Source: a virus. From it: DNA of 64,000 nt. Shown one piece after another: positions 14,824-24,574 of the stretch (position 1 is its first letter; each line of letters begins with the position of its first letter). Under the pieces are notes generated by a model. That model searched no databases and had not been told where the DNA came from. It saw nothing but the letters and a program-made list of their open reading frames with translations. The DNA lies in the IMG/VR virus record IMGVR_UViG_3300009159_000032. One strand, given 5' to 3'. The position numbers and the translations under genes are program-made.

Positions 14824-15930
14824 ATGGCACCACCACCAAGTAGATATTGGGTAGGCGGAACAGGCACCTGGGATGGAACAGATACCACCCATTGGGCAAC
14901 ATCATCTGGTGGTGCTGGTGGTGCCTCAGTACCTACTTCTAATAAGAACGTATTCTTTGATGCCAATTCAGGTGGTGGAACCATCACCACCGGCACTGAC
15001 GGCATTCCATTAGAGATGGCTTCTTTAACCTGCACAGGATTTACTGGAACATTAGATACCAGAACTGCGTCTGAATCAACCGGTGGTCCTGGATTTTATG
15101 TTTACGGCAACGTGACATTATCAACAGGTGGCACATATATTAATTTAAGTTTAAGTATAACAGGTACTTGCACATTTACATCAGTGGGCAAAAAAATTGG
15201 TCAATTTGTCGTGGGCAGCGTGGGGCAAGGCCTTGGCGGCACAGTTACCTTGGCTGATGATTTTTCGTGCGGTTCGCCGGATTCAGGATTTGACAGTTTT
15301 CGTCTAGTAGGCGGAACATTTGATGCAAATAATTTTAATGTAACAACGTTGGATTTTTACACTCAATATGATTTTGTTCCTTCTAGAACTCTAAACATGG
15401 GTTCAGGAACCTGGACCTTGTTTGGCGGCTTTGGTTCCAACGGCTGGTATGTAAATGTTGATAACCTAACAGGACTAACTATCAATTGTGGCACATCTAC
15501 TATAAACATCGACGGCACTGACCCAAGCCCTGGTTTTAATTTTACTGGAGCAGGGTTCACTTATTATAATCTAAATTTAGCAACCGCAAACCTTACTTTT
15601 GAGTTTTCAGATGATAACAGCTTCAATAATATTTCAAACAGTGCAGTATCTGGTATTAATTTAAATGGCTCTGGTATAACTATAACAGTTGCCAATTTTA
15701 ATGTGTCGGGCGCTGATCCTGATTTTGTTAATTTAGGCGGTGGTTTTACCCTATCAAAATTATCTGGTGTAGTAAGTTGTGATTATCTAAACATAACAAA
15801 CTGTGATGCCACTGGCGGTGCCACATGGTATGCAGGGGCTAATTCGGTAAATGGTGGCGGTAACACAGGATGGATATTTACTGCACCACCCAGTGGTGGT
15901 CTTACAGGCAGCTTTTTTGCATTCTTCTAA
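14824..15930 (+). CDS. putative beta-helical tail/adhesin protein
   Basis: RYWVGGTGTW...W..SSGG.GGASVP...VFFDANSG start, Gly/Thr/Asn-rich, located among fibre genes. Confidence 0.65.
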   Translation: MAPPPSRYWVGGTGTWDGTDTTHWATSSGGAGGASVPTSNKNVFFDANSGGGTITTGTDGIPLEMASLTCTGFTGTLDTRTASESTGGPGFYVYGNVTLSTGGTYINLSLSITGTCTFTSVGKKIGQFVVGSVGQGLGGTVTLADDFSCGSPDSGFDSFRLVGGTFDANNFNVTTLDFYTQYDFVPSRTLNMGSGTWTLFGGFGSNGWYVNVDNLTGLTINCGTSTINIDGTDPSPGFNFTGAGFTYYNLNLATANLTFEFSDDNSFNNISNSAVSGINLNGSGITITVANFNVSGADPDFVNLGGGFTLSKLSGVVSCDYLNITNCDATGGATWYAGANSVNGGGNTGWIFTAPPSGGLTGSFFAFF

Positions 15931-15954
15931 AAACAAGGTATAAAAACGGCTAGA

Positions 15955-15960
15955 TAAATA
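15955..15960 (+). promoter_or_regulatory. putative late promoter TAAATA
   Basis: Intergenic, 16 nt before the ATG at 15977. Confidence 0.6.
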
Positions 15961-15976
15961 GATAAAATATAATACT

Positions 15977-16891
15977 ATGTCAATAAATTTTCCAACAACA
16001 GCAACTAACGGTCAAGTCTATTCCTATGGCGGGCATCTATGGGTATACAACAGTTCTTCAACTGCTTGGCTAGCTGGTCCGTTACCATTAGGTTCAACGG
16101 GTGCAACAGGACCTAGCGGTAGCCCAGGTGGTGCTACTGGTCCTGCCGGTGCAACTGGACAGACAGGAACTGCCGGAGGAACAGGCGCTACAGGTGCTAC
16201 AGGACCAAGCGGTACAGGGGCTACTGGGTCTACCGGTGCTGCTGGTAATAATGGTTCAACAGGTGCAACTGGTCCGGCAGGTCAAGGATCTACAGGTGCT
16301 ACTGGTCCGGCAGGTGCAACAGGACCTAGTGGCGGTCCAGTAGGTTCAACAGGTGCTACTGGTCCTAGCGGAACTGGGTCAACAGGCGCCACCGGTGCTA
16401 CTGGAAGTGGTTCAACCGGTGCTACTGGAAACATCGGATCAACTGGTGCTACTGGATTGCCTGGAGGTTTAGGATTAACTGGTGCAACTGGTGCTAATGG
16501 AACAAACGGTGCTACAGGTGCAACTGGACCAGCAGGTCAAGGATCTACAGGTGCTACCGGGCCTAGCGGAACCGGAGCTACTGGTGCCGCAGTATTAGTT
16601 GGAAACACCTATACTGTACAGACATTATATGTTTCTACACTTACAGTAGGAACAGTAGGTGCAGTTACCATTGAATCTGGAAATGATTTAAATTTTAAAG
16701 CAGTGGGTCAGATCACAGTTAACAAACCATTCGTATTAACCACTGCCACAACTGCACAGCTATCAGCATTAGGTGCTACTACACAACGAGGTGCTATGTT
16801 GTATGTCATAGATGCTTCAGGCGGAGCACAACCTTGTTTCTATGACGGAACAAATTGGAGACTCTGTACTGATCGAACCAGCATAGCATAA
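15977..16891 (+). CDS. collagen-like virion fibre protein
   Basis: MSINFPT...W.Y...W N-terminal module followed by a Gly-X-Y run. Confidence 0.8.
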   Translation: MSINFPTTATNGQVYSYGGHLWVYNSSSTAWLAGPLPLGSTGATGPSGSPGGATGPAGATGQTGTAGGTGATGATGPSGTGATGSTGAAGNNGSTGATGPAGQGSTGATGPAGATGPSGGPVGSTGATGPSGTGSTGATGATGSGSTGATGNIGSTGATGLPGGLGLTGATGANGTNGATGATGPAGQGSTGATGPSGTGATGAAVLVGNTYTVQTLYVSTLTVGTVGAVTIESGNDLNFKAVGQITVNKPFVLTTATTAQLSALGATTQRGAMLYVIDASGGAQPCFYDGTNWRLCTDRTSIA

Positions 16892-16899
16892 GGACATTT

Positions 16900-18483
16900 A
16901 TGTTACATAAATTTTATGTTGTAGTTGACCATCCTGACTATAAACAGGAAATCTTAAACGAATTACAGGCCGAATTGGGCAATGAATCTATACCTGATCG
17001 CAGTGTGGAAATATTAAATCCTATGCCAGGTAGTGAATACAACGCTGTAGTAATGCTCACTGAACAAGAAGCAGATGCTCTAATATCTGATCTACGAATT
17101 AATCATGTACACAGAGATCCCAAAGAACGTGGCGTTGAAAAAATACACTATGGTGTAAGATCTGGTGTATATGACAAACAATCAGGTACAATATCTTCTA
17201 CTCATAAAAATTGGGGGTTAATCCGTTCTACTGCTACATCAAATATTTTTGGAACACTATCATCAATAACTGGTACATTTCCCTATAACTTAGATGGCAC
17301 AGGAGTTGATGTTGTTGTTATCGATTCTGGTGTCGAACCTAATCATCCCGAGTTTGCAGTCAACGCTGATGGCACAGGTGGTAGCAGAGTTGTTGATCAC
17401 GATTGGACACAGTATGGATATATTACCGCAGTACCAACTGGAGGATTCCTAGGTGACTGTGACGGGCACGGTAGTAATTGTGCTAGTATAGCTGCGGGCA
17501 ATACCTGTGGGTGGGCACCTGGAGCAAAAATATACTCTTTACGTAGTGTAGGTAACGGCAGTGGCGGACCATACTATGATATAACAGATGGCAGGCAATT
17601 AGATCTTCTTGATGATTTTCAAGTATGGCAAAGTCTACGTGCGTTTCACCAAGCCAAGGCTATAGATCCAGTCACGGGTTATAAACGGCCCACTATAGTA
17701 AACTGTAGTTTTGGATTTATTAATTATTATACCACTGTTACCGCAATTAGATATAGAGGTACAACTTATAGTGTTTCCACAACCACAGCTGCCTATGGAA
17801 CAATTGGTAAACCAGAAGGCAATACTAGCGGTCTTCACGGGGTTCGATATACTGCTCTTGATGCCGAAATAGCCAGTTGTATCAACGCAGGTATAGTTGT
17901 AGTTGCGGCTGCAGGAAATGATCGTCACAAGATAGACACCGTTGGCGGCAGTGATTACAGCAATTATTGGACTGATTATCTAGGATTCAACGACTACTAT
18001 CATAGAGGTAGTACTCCTGCGGGAACATCAAATGTTGTTACTGTGGGCTGCATTGCTAGTTTTGCAAATACTAATATAAATCCAGAACACAAACGTGCCT
18101 TTAGTTGTGCAGGACCGCGTGTGGATATTTGGGCGCCAGGAGATTATATTATGGGTGCTTATTCTAACAATTCGTATGCCACTGCCGCAGTAGCCGATCC
18201 TAGAAGTGCAGGGCTGTACACTTACTATCTAAATAAAATTTCTGGAACTAGTCAGGCCTGTCCACAGGTTGCCGGTGTATTAGCCTGTTTGTTACAAGCT
18301 CGTCCGTGGATGACTCCAGAGCAGGTACGTACTTGGACCACAGCCACTGCATCAACATGGCTGGTAAACGAAGCATACTATGGAGGCAGCGGATATACCA
18401 ATTTTGGAAGTCTGCAAGGTGGGCCTGCTAAAGCTCTAGTTCAGCCGTTTATTTTACCAGACCCCTTAGTAATTCGCGGATAA
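16900..18483 (+). CDS. subtilisin-like S8 serine protease
   Basis: Catalytic motifs VVIDSG (D), DGHGSNCASIAAG (H), AAAGND (oxyanion N), SGTSQACP (S), plus an N-terminal prodomain-like segment. Confidence 0.9.
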   Translation: MLHKFYVVVDHPDYKQEILNELQAELGNESIPDRSVEILNPMPGSEYNAVVMLTEQEADALISDLRINHVHRDPKERGVEKIHYGVRSGVYDKQSGTISSTHKNWGLIRSTATSNIFGTLSSITGTFPYNLDGTGVDVVVIDSGVEPNHPEFAVNADGTGGSRVVDHDWTQYGYITAVPTGGFLGDCDGHGSNCASIAAGNTCGWAPGAKIYSLRSVGNGSGGPYYDITDGRQLDLLDDFQVWQSLRAFHQAKAIDPVTGYKRPTIVNCSFGFINYYTTVTAIRYRGTTYSVSTTTAAYGTIGKPEGNTSGLHGVRYTALDAEIASCINAGIVVVAAAGNDRHKIDTVGGSDYSNYWTDYLGFNDYYHRGSTPAGTSNVVTVGCIASFANTNINPEHKRAFSCAGPRVDIWAPGDYIMGAYSNNSYATAAVADPRSAGLYTYYLNKISGTSQACPQVAGVLACLLQARPWMTPEQVRTWTTATASTWLVNEAYYGGSGYTNFGSLQGGPAKALVQPFILPDPLVIRG

Positions 18484-18486
18484 ATA
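18481..18486 (+). promoter_or_regulatory. putative late promoter TAAATA
   Basis: Overlaps the S8 stop codon, 21 nt upstream of 18508. Confidence 0.5.
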
Positions 18487-18507
18487 TCTACTATTAAAGA
18501 GATTCTT

Positions 18508-19071
18508 ATGTCAAGTACCCTAACAACTTATAGCAACAATATTAATACAACTTACCCATATCCTGGAGTAGATAATGATACGCAGGGTTTTAGAGATAAT
18601 TTTGCCAACATTAAAAATTCTCTAAATGTTGCAGCCGGTGAAATTGGCAATTTATTACAAGGTGCTGTAAAAACCACTGATAGCCTGAATGACTTCAATA
18701 GAAACGTAATTTATAAACCAACACTACAAGCAGAAGGCTACATAGTCAATAATGAGGGGTCAGTGAGCGGCGATGTTACCGTGGACTTATTATTAGGCTC
18801 CTATCAACAATTACAAGTTAGTGGTGATGCTACCGTAAGTTTTTCAAATTGGCCGGGCAGTAATAGGTACGGAAACGTTAGGTTGCAAGTATCAAATGCC
18901 AACACAAATACTACCAGCACTGTTGCATTTAGTGGTGTTAAACGTGATACCAGTACTTCTACCTATACACTAACCACAGCTATGAATACCAGCTCGATAT
19001 TCTTTGATGTTTGGAGCCCAGATAACGGATCGAACATTTTCTTAAAATATCTCGGTGGTCCATTTGTATAA
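18508..19071 (+). CDS. putative virion structural protein
   Basis: Asn/Thr-rich, with QGFRDNFANIK coiled N-terminus and beta-rich C-terminus, at the end of the tail module. Confidence 0.6.
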   Translation: MSSTLTTYSNNINTTYPYPGVDNDTQGFRDNFANIKNSLNVAAGEIGNLLQGAVKTTDSLNDFNRNVIYKPTLQAEGYIVNNEGSVSGDVTVDLLLGSYQQLQVSGDATVSFSNWPGSNRYGNVRLQVSNANTNTTSTVAFSGVKRDTSTSTYTLTTAMNTSSIFFDVWSPDNGSNIFLKYLGGPFV

Positions 19072-19306
19072 TCCGCTATTGCCCGATCCATCCACTCTAA
19101 AAGATGCAGAGCTAGATCAACGCATAAATGATCTAAGCCGCAAATACCATATTGCTGCTCGAACAGGAATGACACAGGTAATACCACAAATACTAATTTC
19201 TTTAGAAATGTATAAAACAGAAATGAGTAAACGTAGTCAACTGGCACTGCAAAGTACTGCAAAAAGAACCAACGGCAATCTTGATGACTTGATTAATGTA
19301 AATTAA
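19055..19306 (+). CDS. hypothetical protein (start uncertain, GTG 19055 or TTG 19064)
   Basis: Fills the gap between structural and early genes. Helical composition. Confidence 0.65.
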   Translation: MVHLYNPLLPDPSTLKDAELDQRINDLSRKYHIAARTGMTQVIPQILISLEMYKTEMSKRSQLALQSTAKRTNGNLDDLINVN

Positions 19307-19317
19307 TCTGTTATACT
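19289..19317 (+). promoter_or_regulatory. sigma70-type promoter
   Basis: TTGATT-17 nt-TATACT with extended -10 TG. Confidence 0.75.
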
Positions 19318-19323
19318 TAGGGT

Positions 19324-19842
19324 ATGAAGATTGATGATTACGGACAAGTAGTTTTAACCACTGATGATATTATACAGGGATTATATTCTGGAAAGATAAA
19401 CAATCTTACAGATATAACGTTAAACGATACTGAAGAATTTGAACGTTTTCGAACTGCTGTAAAAAGAAATTACAATAAATTTCAATCTATCGATCAGTAT
19501 CAATTACCCAGTGTTCCTGTTGAGCAGTTTGATGCAGATATGCAAAAGCACTGGTTTATGCCTGAGGATTATTATCCGAATCTAGTAGAAATGCTCTACG
19601 GAATGTGCAAAACACCAGAACAACAAGACAGAGTAAGCGAAGAATTAGAATTGTTTATTCAGCATGGAATGATGGATCTGTTGTTCTATCTTAAATACTT
19701 AGTAGACACCATGAGATCAAATAACATAATATGGGGCGTAGGACGAGGTAGTAGCGTAGCTAGTTACGTGCTATATTTGTTAGGTGTACACAAAGTAGAT
19801 AGTATCAAATACGGATTAGATATCCGAGAATTTTTAAAATAA
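19324..19842 (+). CDS. short DnaE (Pol III alpha)-like fragment
   Basis: WGVGRGSSVASYVLYLLGVHKVDSIKYGL matches the DnaE GRGS-x-A-S-L-V-x-Y-x-L-G-I motif, but the protein is only 172 aa. Confidence 0.7.
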   Translation: MKIDDYGQVVLTTDDIIQGLYSGKINNLTDITLNDTEEFERFRTAVKRNYNKFQSIDQYQLPSVPVEQFDADMQKHWFMPEDYYPNLVEMLYGMCKTPEQQDRVSEELELFIQHGMMDLLFYLKYLVDTMRSNNIIWGVGRGSSVASYVLYLLGVHKVDSIKYGLDIREFLK

Positions 19843-19853
19843 GGAGTCATAAA

Positions 19854-20120
19854 ATGACCAGAACATATAAGACAATGAAGGGCAAAGAAATTGACATGGA
19901 TCAATTGTTGGAAAAGAATCAACTAATGCCCGCAGTAGGTAATGTAAGAATGAACGCACGTGGAGACGAACTAGGTCCGGGCGGCCAGGTTGTTAAAAAG
20001 CGTGAAGAAACTATTAACGAATATTACGAAAGTAATCCTGCCGCCAATGTTTCTTCTCAAGGAAAAAAAGTTAACACCGTTATGCAAGATTCTGTAACTT
20101 ATTCAAAAGGTAAGCAATGA
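19854..20120 (+). CDS. hypothetical protein
   Basis: 88 aa ORF with AGGAG SD. Confidence 0.75.
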   Translation: MTRTYKTMKGKEIDMDQLLEKNQLMPAVGNVRMNARGDELGPGGQVVKKREETINEYYESNPAANVSSQGKKVNTVMQDSVTYSKGKQ

Positions 20121-20494
20121 AGGTAATTGGTAAAATTGTTCCGTTAAGTAACAAAGTGCTGATCAGCGACATGAATTTCGAAGGACAACGCACTCGTTCT
20201 GGAATTATTGTTCCGTCAGATAACGGCAAAGTAAACGGTATTCATCCTCGATGGGGCCGTGTTTGGGCCATTGGTCCAGAACAAACTGATGTAAAAGTTG
20301 GTGAATGGATTCTTGTAGAGCACGGACGTTGGACACGTGGTGTTGAGCACGAATTAGAAAACGGTGAACTTATTGAGTTACGCATGGTAGACAATAATGC
20401 TATAATGATGTCAGCAGACGAACCGCCAGCAGATATCATGTTAGCATTTCAATCCGGAGCTCCAGCTGCTAATACATCAAACGTAGGAAAATAA
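20117..20494 (+). CDS. groES: co-chaperonin GroES-like
   Basis: IVPLSNKVLI, TRSGIIVP mobile loop, GRVWAIGP, VKVGEWILV. Confidence 0.85.
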   Translation: MKVIGKIVPLSNKVLISDMNFEGQRTRSGIIVPSDNGKVNGIHPRWGRVWAIGPEQTDVKVGEWILVEHGRWTRGVEHELENGELIELRMVDNNAIMMSADEPPADIMLAFQSGAPAANTSNVGK

Positions 20495-20862
20495 TGACTA
20501 ATCCATTTCGCGATCAAGAAAAATTTATGCAGGCCTGTGACCAAACGGTCGGTCAATCTAATGCAGAACAGTTTAAATTATATGTTAAACTAATGGCAGA
20601 AGAATCGCAAGAGTTAGCACAGGCCATGCAGAGCACAGACGAATTAGAAACCTTAGATGCTCTTATAGATATTTTAGTGGTTACTATTGGTGCTATCCAT
20701 AGTGCCGGATTTGATGCAGAAGGTGCATGGAAAGAAGTTATGCGAACAAATTTTGCAAAAATTGATTCAGACACAGGTAAAGTTCGTAAGCGTGAAGACG
20801 GCAAAGTTTTAAAACCGCTAGGGTGGACACCACCTAATTTAACTCCGTTCTTAAGAAAATGA
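20494..20862 (+). CDS. all-alpha NTP pyrophosphohydrolase (MazG/PRA-PH-like)
   Basis: EESQEL...ETLDALIDILVVTIGA...EVMRTNFAK. Confidence 0.8.
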   Translation: MTNPFRDQEKFMQACDQTVGQSNAEQFKLYVKLMAEESQELAQAMQSTDELETLDALIDILVVTIGAIHSAGFDAEGAWKEVMRTNFAKIDSDTGKVRKREDGKVLKPLGWTPPNLTPFLRK

Positions 20863-21653
20863 CATTAGATTTAAAATTTAAAAATAACTTTTGGTTAGTT
20901 TTTTTACCTCTTCATATCTTAGGGTTCTGCGGTCTATTCTATCTAAATGATTACTGGCAATGGTTATTAATCTTTTGGTTTACTTTTGGTGTGCTAGGTA
21001 ATGGTGTTGCAGGACATCGTTATTTTGCACATGGTCAATTTGAAACATGGACTCCTGTAAAATGGGCACTGGGTTTTCTAACATCGCTTGGAGGATTTGG
21101 TCCTGCAACTGATTGGAGAATACAACACAAGATGCATCATCTTAGAGCAGACAAAGAAGCTGATCCCCATTCTCCACATTTTAAAAATCCTTTCCAAGTT
21201 TTCTACGGATGGTATATATTTCAACACCAAGGTGAAGGATATCTTACTGATAGATTTGTACGCAAGATGGCAGTGAGTCAATTACGAGATAAATTTTACA
21301 GTTTCTTTGATAGAAATCATTATCGCATTATCTTTATTTTTTGTGCTATACTAGGTATAATTAATTTTCATTTGTTATTAATCTATGCTCTTGCATACTG
21401 CATCGACTTTTTTAGACTAGGCTCAGTAAACTATTGGTGTCATCGCAGTGGATACCGTACCTATGAAACTAATGATTACAGTAGGAACAATGTTTGGATA
21501 GGTTGGTTAGGTATGGGATTTGGTTGGCATAATACACACCACGCACATCCTGGTAAACTTATCCTAACTGAACGTTGGTGGGAAATTGACGTTGAAGGTT
21601 ATATCGGTTGGTTACTATCTAAGAACAAATATGGGACACAAAAAACAAATTGA
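20859..21653 (+). CDS. membrane fatty acid desaturase (delta-9-like)
   Basis: Three His boxes HRYFAH, HKMHH and HNTHH, plus TM segments. Confidence 0.9.
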   Translation: MTLDLKFKNNFWLVFLPLHILGFCGLFYLNDYWQWLLIFWFTFGVLGNGVAGHRYFAHGQFETWTPVKWALGFLTSLGGFGPATDWRIQHKMHHLRADKEADPHSPHFKNPFQVFYGWYIFQHQGEGYLTDRFVRKMAVSQLRDKFYSFFDRNHYRIIFIFCAILGIINFHLLLIYALAYCIDFFRLGSVNYWCHRSGYRTYETNDYSRNNVWIGWLGMGFGWHNTHHAHPGKLILTERWWEIDVEGYIGWLLSKNKYGTQKTN

Positions 21654-21873
21654 TGTAGCTGCCGTTGTTGGACAGATTAATGCTGCCGCATATGAATGCA
21701 ACAGTCCGTACAATGACGGATTTATAGGTTGGGGTTACAAGCAAGACTTGTATAGGATTAAATGGATATTAGAAGATGCCATTAGACGATGCCCAAAATA
21801 TTCTCCCGAACCTGAATGGTTGCGAGAACAAGAAAAACAAAAAGTAATCAGGATTTTAAAAGATGATATTTAA
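21631..21873 (+). CDS. hypothetical protein
   Basis: Likely start MGHKKQ. Overlaps both neighbours. Confidence 0.65.
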   Translation: MGHKKQIDVAAVVGQINAAAYECNSPYNDGFIGWGYKQDLYRIKWILEDAIRRCPKYSPEPEWLREQEKQKVIRILKDDI

Positions 21874-22321
21874 TAAAGTTAGAGAATTAAAAGATGCCGG
21901 CATGAAGATCGGCATTACCTTTAGTCAGTTTGATATGCTTCATGCAGGACATATTGCTATGTTAAGTGAAGCTCGAAATCACTGCGATTACCTTATTGCA
22001 GGACTACAAAACAATGCCAAATGGGATCGACCAGAAAAGAACGAGCCAATTCAAAGTATTGTAGAACGTCAAATCCAATTAGCCGCTACACGATATGTGG
22101 ACGAAATTGTTGTATACAACACCGAAAAAGACCTTGAAGATCTCTTGCTTATTCTGCCAATTGATGTTAGAATATTAGGTGTAGAATATAAAGACAAGGC
22201 GTTTACCGGAAGAGAGATCTGTGTCCAACGTAGAATTGAATTGGTTTACAACGGACGAGATCATAGTTTTTCTAGTAGCAGTCTACGTAAACGTGTAGTT
22301 GAAGCAGAAAGCAAGAAATGA
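21863..22321 (+). CDS. cytidylyltransferase (TagD/RfaE-like HIGH family)
   Basis: FSQFDMLHAGH, YVDEIVVY and FSSSSLRKR motifs. Confidence 0.88.
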   Translation: MIFNKVRELKDAGMKIGITFSQFDMLHAGHIAMLSEARNHCDYLIAGLQNNAKWDRPEKNEPIQSIVERQIQLAATRYVDEIVVYNTEKDLEDLLLILPIDVRILGVEYKDKAFTGREICVQRRIELVYNGRDHSFSSSSLRKRVVEAESKK

Positions 22322-23142
22322 AAATCCATTTAGTATCGGACCTACATTTAGAATGTGAGCATCAAGAACTTCCAGGTGGTGAAGTGTTGATTCTTGCAGG
22401 CGACATTGCAGAGTCTCGTACTATTGCAAGACATAAAAAAAGTTTTGAACAAGACCCTGCTGGTATCCTTACAGGCAATCCCTATCGTGCCTGGACGTTC
22501 TTTAAAGAAGAATGTGCCAAATACGATAAAGTATTTTATGTCATGGGCAATCACGAACACTATCACGGTAGGTTTGACAAGACCTATCACGAACTAAAAG
22601 TTATGATGCCCGACAACGTTGTGGTATTAGAAAATGAAGTTTTTGAATACAATGGTGTGATGTTCTTAGGTGCTACTCTGTGGACTGACTGTAATAAACA
22701 CGATCCTATAACAGAGATGACTCTTAAACACGGTATGAATGACTATAACGTGATTACTAATTTTTATGCCAGTAAAAATATCTATTACAAACTAACTCCG
22801 GAACACACTGCCGGTGTTCATCGTAAAACTCTGCAATATTTTAAAATTGTTTTAGAAGATAACAGAGACAAACCATTTGTGGTCATTACGCATCATGCCC
22901 CTAGTTTTGCCAGCGTTAATGAAAAATATGCTCAAGAAAAAACTATGAACGGTGGTTATGCCAGCGAACTTACAGAGTTTGTTCTTGATCATCCCAACAT
23001 CAAAACTTGGGTACATGGTCACATGCACGATCCTGTTGACTACATGATCGGAAGCACTCGTGTACTAAGTCATCCCCGTGGATATTACGGCTTTGAATAC
23101 AATGCCGAAATATTTGAACCTAACTGCGTTTTTGAAATCTAA
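22318..23142 (+). CDS. calcineurin-like metallophosphoesterase
   Basis: DLH, GD, GNHE, THH and HGHMH motifs. Confidence 0.9.
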   Translation: MKIHLVSDLHLECEHQELPGGEVLILAGDIAESRTIARHKKSFEQDPAGILTGNPYRAWTFFKEECAKYDKVFYVMGNHEHYHGRFDKTYHELKVMMPDNVVVLENEVFEYNGVMFLGATLWTDCNKHDPITEMTLKHGMNDYNVITNFYASKNIYYKLTPEHTAGVHRKTLQYFKIVLEDNRDKPFVVITHHAPSFASVNEKYAQEKTMNGGYASELTEFVLDHPNIKTWVHGHMHDPVDYMIGSTRVLSHPRGYYGFEYNAEIFEPNCVFEI

Positions 23143-23146
23143 ATAA

Positions 23147-23587
23147 ATGAAAATTGGTTTAAGTTATAGCCGATGCGTTAGAGATATCGTAGACGGAGTT
23201 GTTGACATCAATGATGTATTAGTTATAATTGCACGTACAGATTTTGATCCTCACAACGATGATCAATGGCGAGGTATTTGGATCAGCTACGGTGGCGGCA
23301 CTGATCACGGTCCTACTACCGGATTCTACAGTATGAGTCATCCTGAATGGGCTGGCTATACAGATGAAGATCGGTTTCGAAGTGTAAGTATTGAACTTTG
23401 GGAGTCTGGTAAATTACACCAGCCGCGTAAGTTTGGAGCACATCCTAGTCGCCGTCCTGAAATTTGGTTAGAAGCAGTTCTACCAAGCAGTGAGTTGACT
23501 AAAAATCCAGCCGCTAAGAAAGCCTGGGAGCAGTTCCAAACTATTGCAGGTTTAACTAATGTAAAATTAGATAAAGACTATCAATGA
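23147..23587 (+). CDS. hypothetical protein
   Basis: 146 aa ORF in operon. Confidence 0.75.
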   Translation: MKIGLSYSRCVRDIVDGVVDINDVLVIIARTDFDPHNDDQWRGIWISYGGGTDHGPTTGFYSMSHPEWAGYTDEDRFRSVSIELWESGKLHQPRKFGAHPSRRPEIWLEAVLPSSELTKNPAAKKAWEQFQTIAGLTNVKLDKDYQ

Positions 23588-24222
23588 AAGAAGACCTTAG
23601 TAATTACAAATATTTCAAACCTATTGGCGGGGAAATAATTGATTACATTGCAGATAGATATGACGAGCTAAAGAAAGATTTTTTTGAAAATATTATTAAT
23701 TCTAGCATAGTTACTAACAAACCAGCTTATAAATTTCCAGATGATGTAACTGATTTGTATAGAGGAAAAATTATAAGTGCAGGGTTGAAGTTATCTTACA
23801 TTGCCGTAGATCATTATGAACGAGAAATCTTAGATTGGACTCCGGGAGAAAGATACAGACATTCGTATGATAAATTTACACCAAAAGTAACCGGGCCTTG
23901 GGTTGATTTTGTTAAAAAGTTTGACCATATGATTGAGCAGTTACATTTTAATATGGCGTATCCCGGAGCAACTATAACTCCGCACAAGGGAATTTCTACA
24001 AAATATTTTAGAGTGCATATATGTTTACAGGAAAATCAAGGTTTTTATTTTGATATTGAGGGTGAAAAAAAATATTGGTACGAAGGTGTAGAAAATGCAT
24101 TTGCATTTGACGACGCCAATGTTAAACACGCTGTTTACTATGAAGAAAAGAATAATCCTAAACCAAGAGTAATAGTATTACTAGATATTAAAAAAGAATT
24201 TTATACAGATTTATTTAAATGA
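23584..24222 (+). CDS. aspartyl/asparaginyl beta-hydroxylase-family 2OG-Fe(II) oxygenase
   Basis: ITPHKG...RVHICL...AFAFDD..KHAV...RVIVLLDI. Confidence 0.75.
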   Translation: MKEDLSNYKYFKPIGGEIIDYIADRYDELKKDFFENIINSSIVTNKPAYKFPDDVTDLYRGKIISAGLKLSYIAVDHYEREILDWTPGERYRHSYDKFTPKVTGPWVDFVKKFDHMIEQLHFNMAYPGATITPHKGISTKYFRVHICLQENQGFYFDIEGEKKYWYEGVENAFAFDDANVKHAVYYEEKNNPKPRVIVLLDIKKEFYTDLFK

Positions 24223-24238
24223 ACAAGGAGTATAGATA

Positions 24239-24574
24239 ATGTACGCAGAAACACAAGTCCCCCCATATAGAGCCCAACAGAAAAAGAAACCGTGGTTCCT
24301 AAAAAGATGGGTTATTAATTGGGTTCGTGAGGACTGGGAGAATGCCAGTGAGAATACTCTAGCATCTAATAGAATTGATTCTCCTAGAGATACTCTGGAT
24401 TCTGATCGAGCTATAAGATTTAACATCTATCACGCCAACGGTGGTCGAGTTGTTGAAGTTAGTAGTTATGATCTCCACAAAGATAGACATAAGAGATCAT
24501 TGTATGTTATAACTAGTGATCAAGACTTTGGTCGTGAGATTGATAAAATTGTTACAATGGAAGCGTTAAAATGA
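24239..24574 (+). CDS. hypothetical protein
   Basis: 111 aa ORF with AGGAG SD. Confidence 0.75.
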   Translation: MYAETQVPPYRAQQKKKPWFLKRWVINWVREDWENASENTLASNRIDSPRDTLDSDRAIRFNIYHANGGRVVEVSSYDLHKDRHKRSLYVITSDQDFGREIDKIVTMEALK

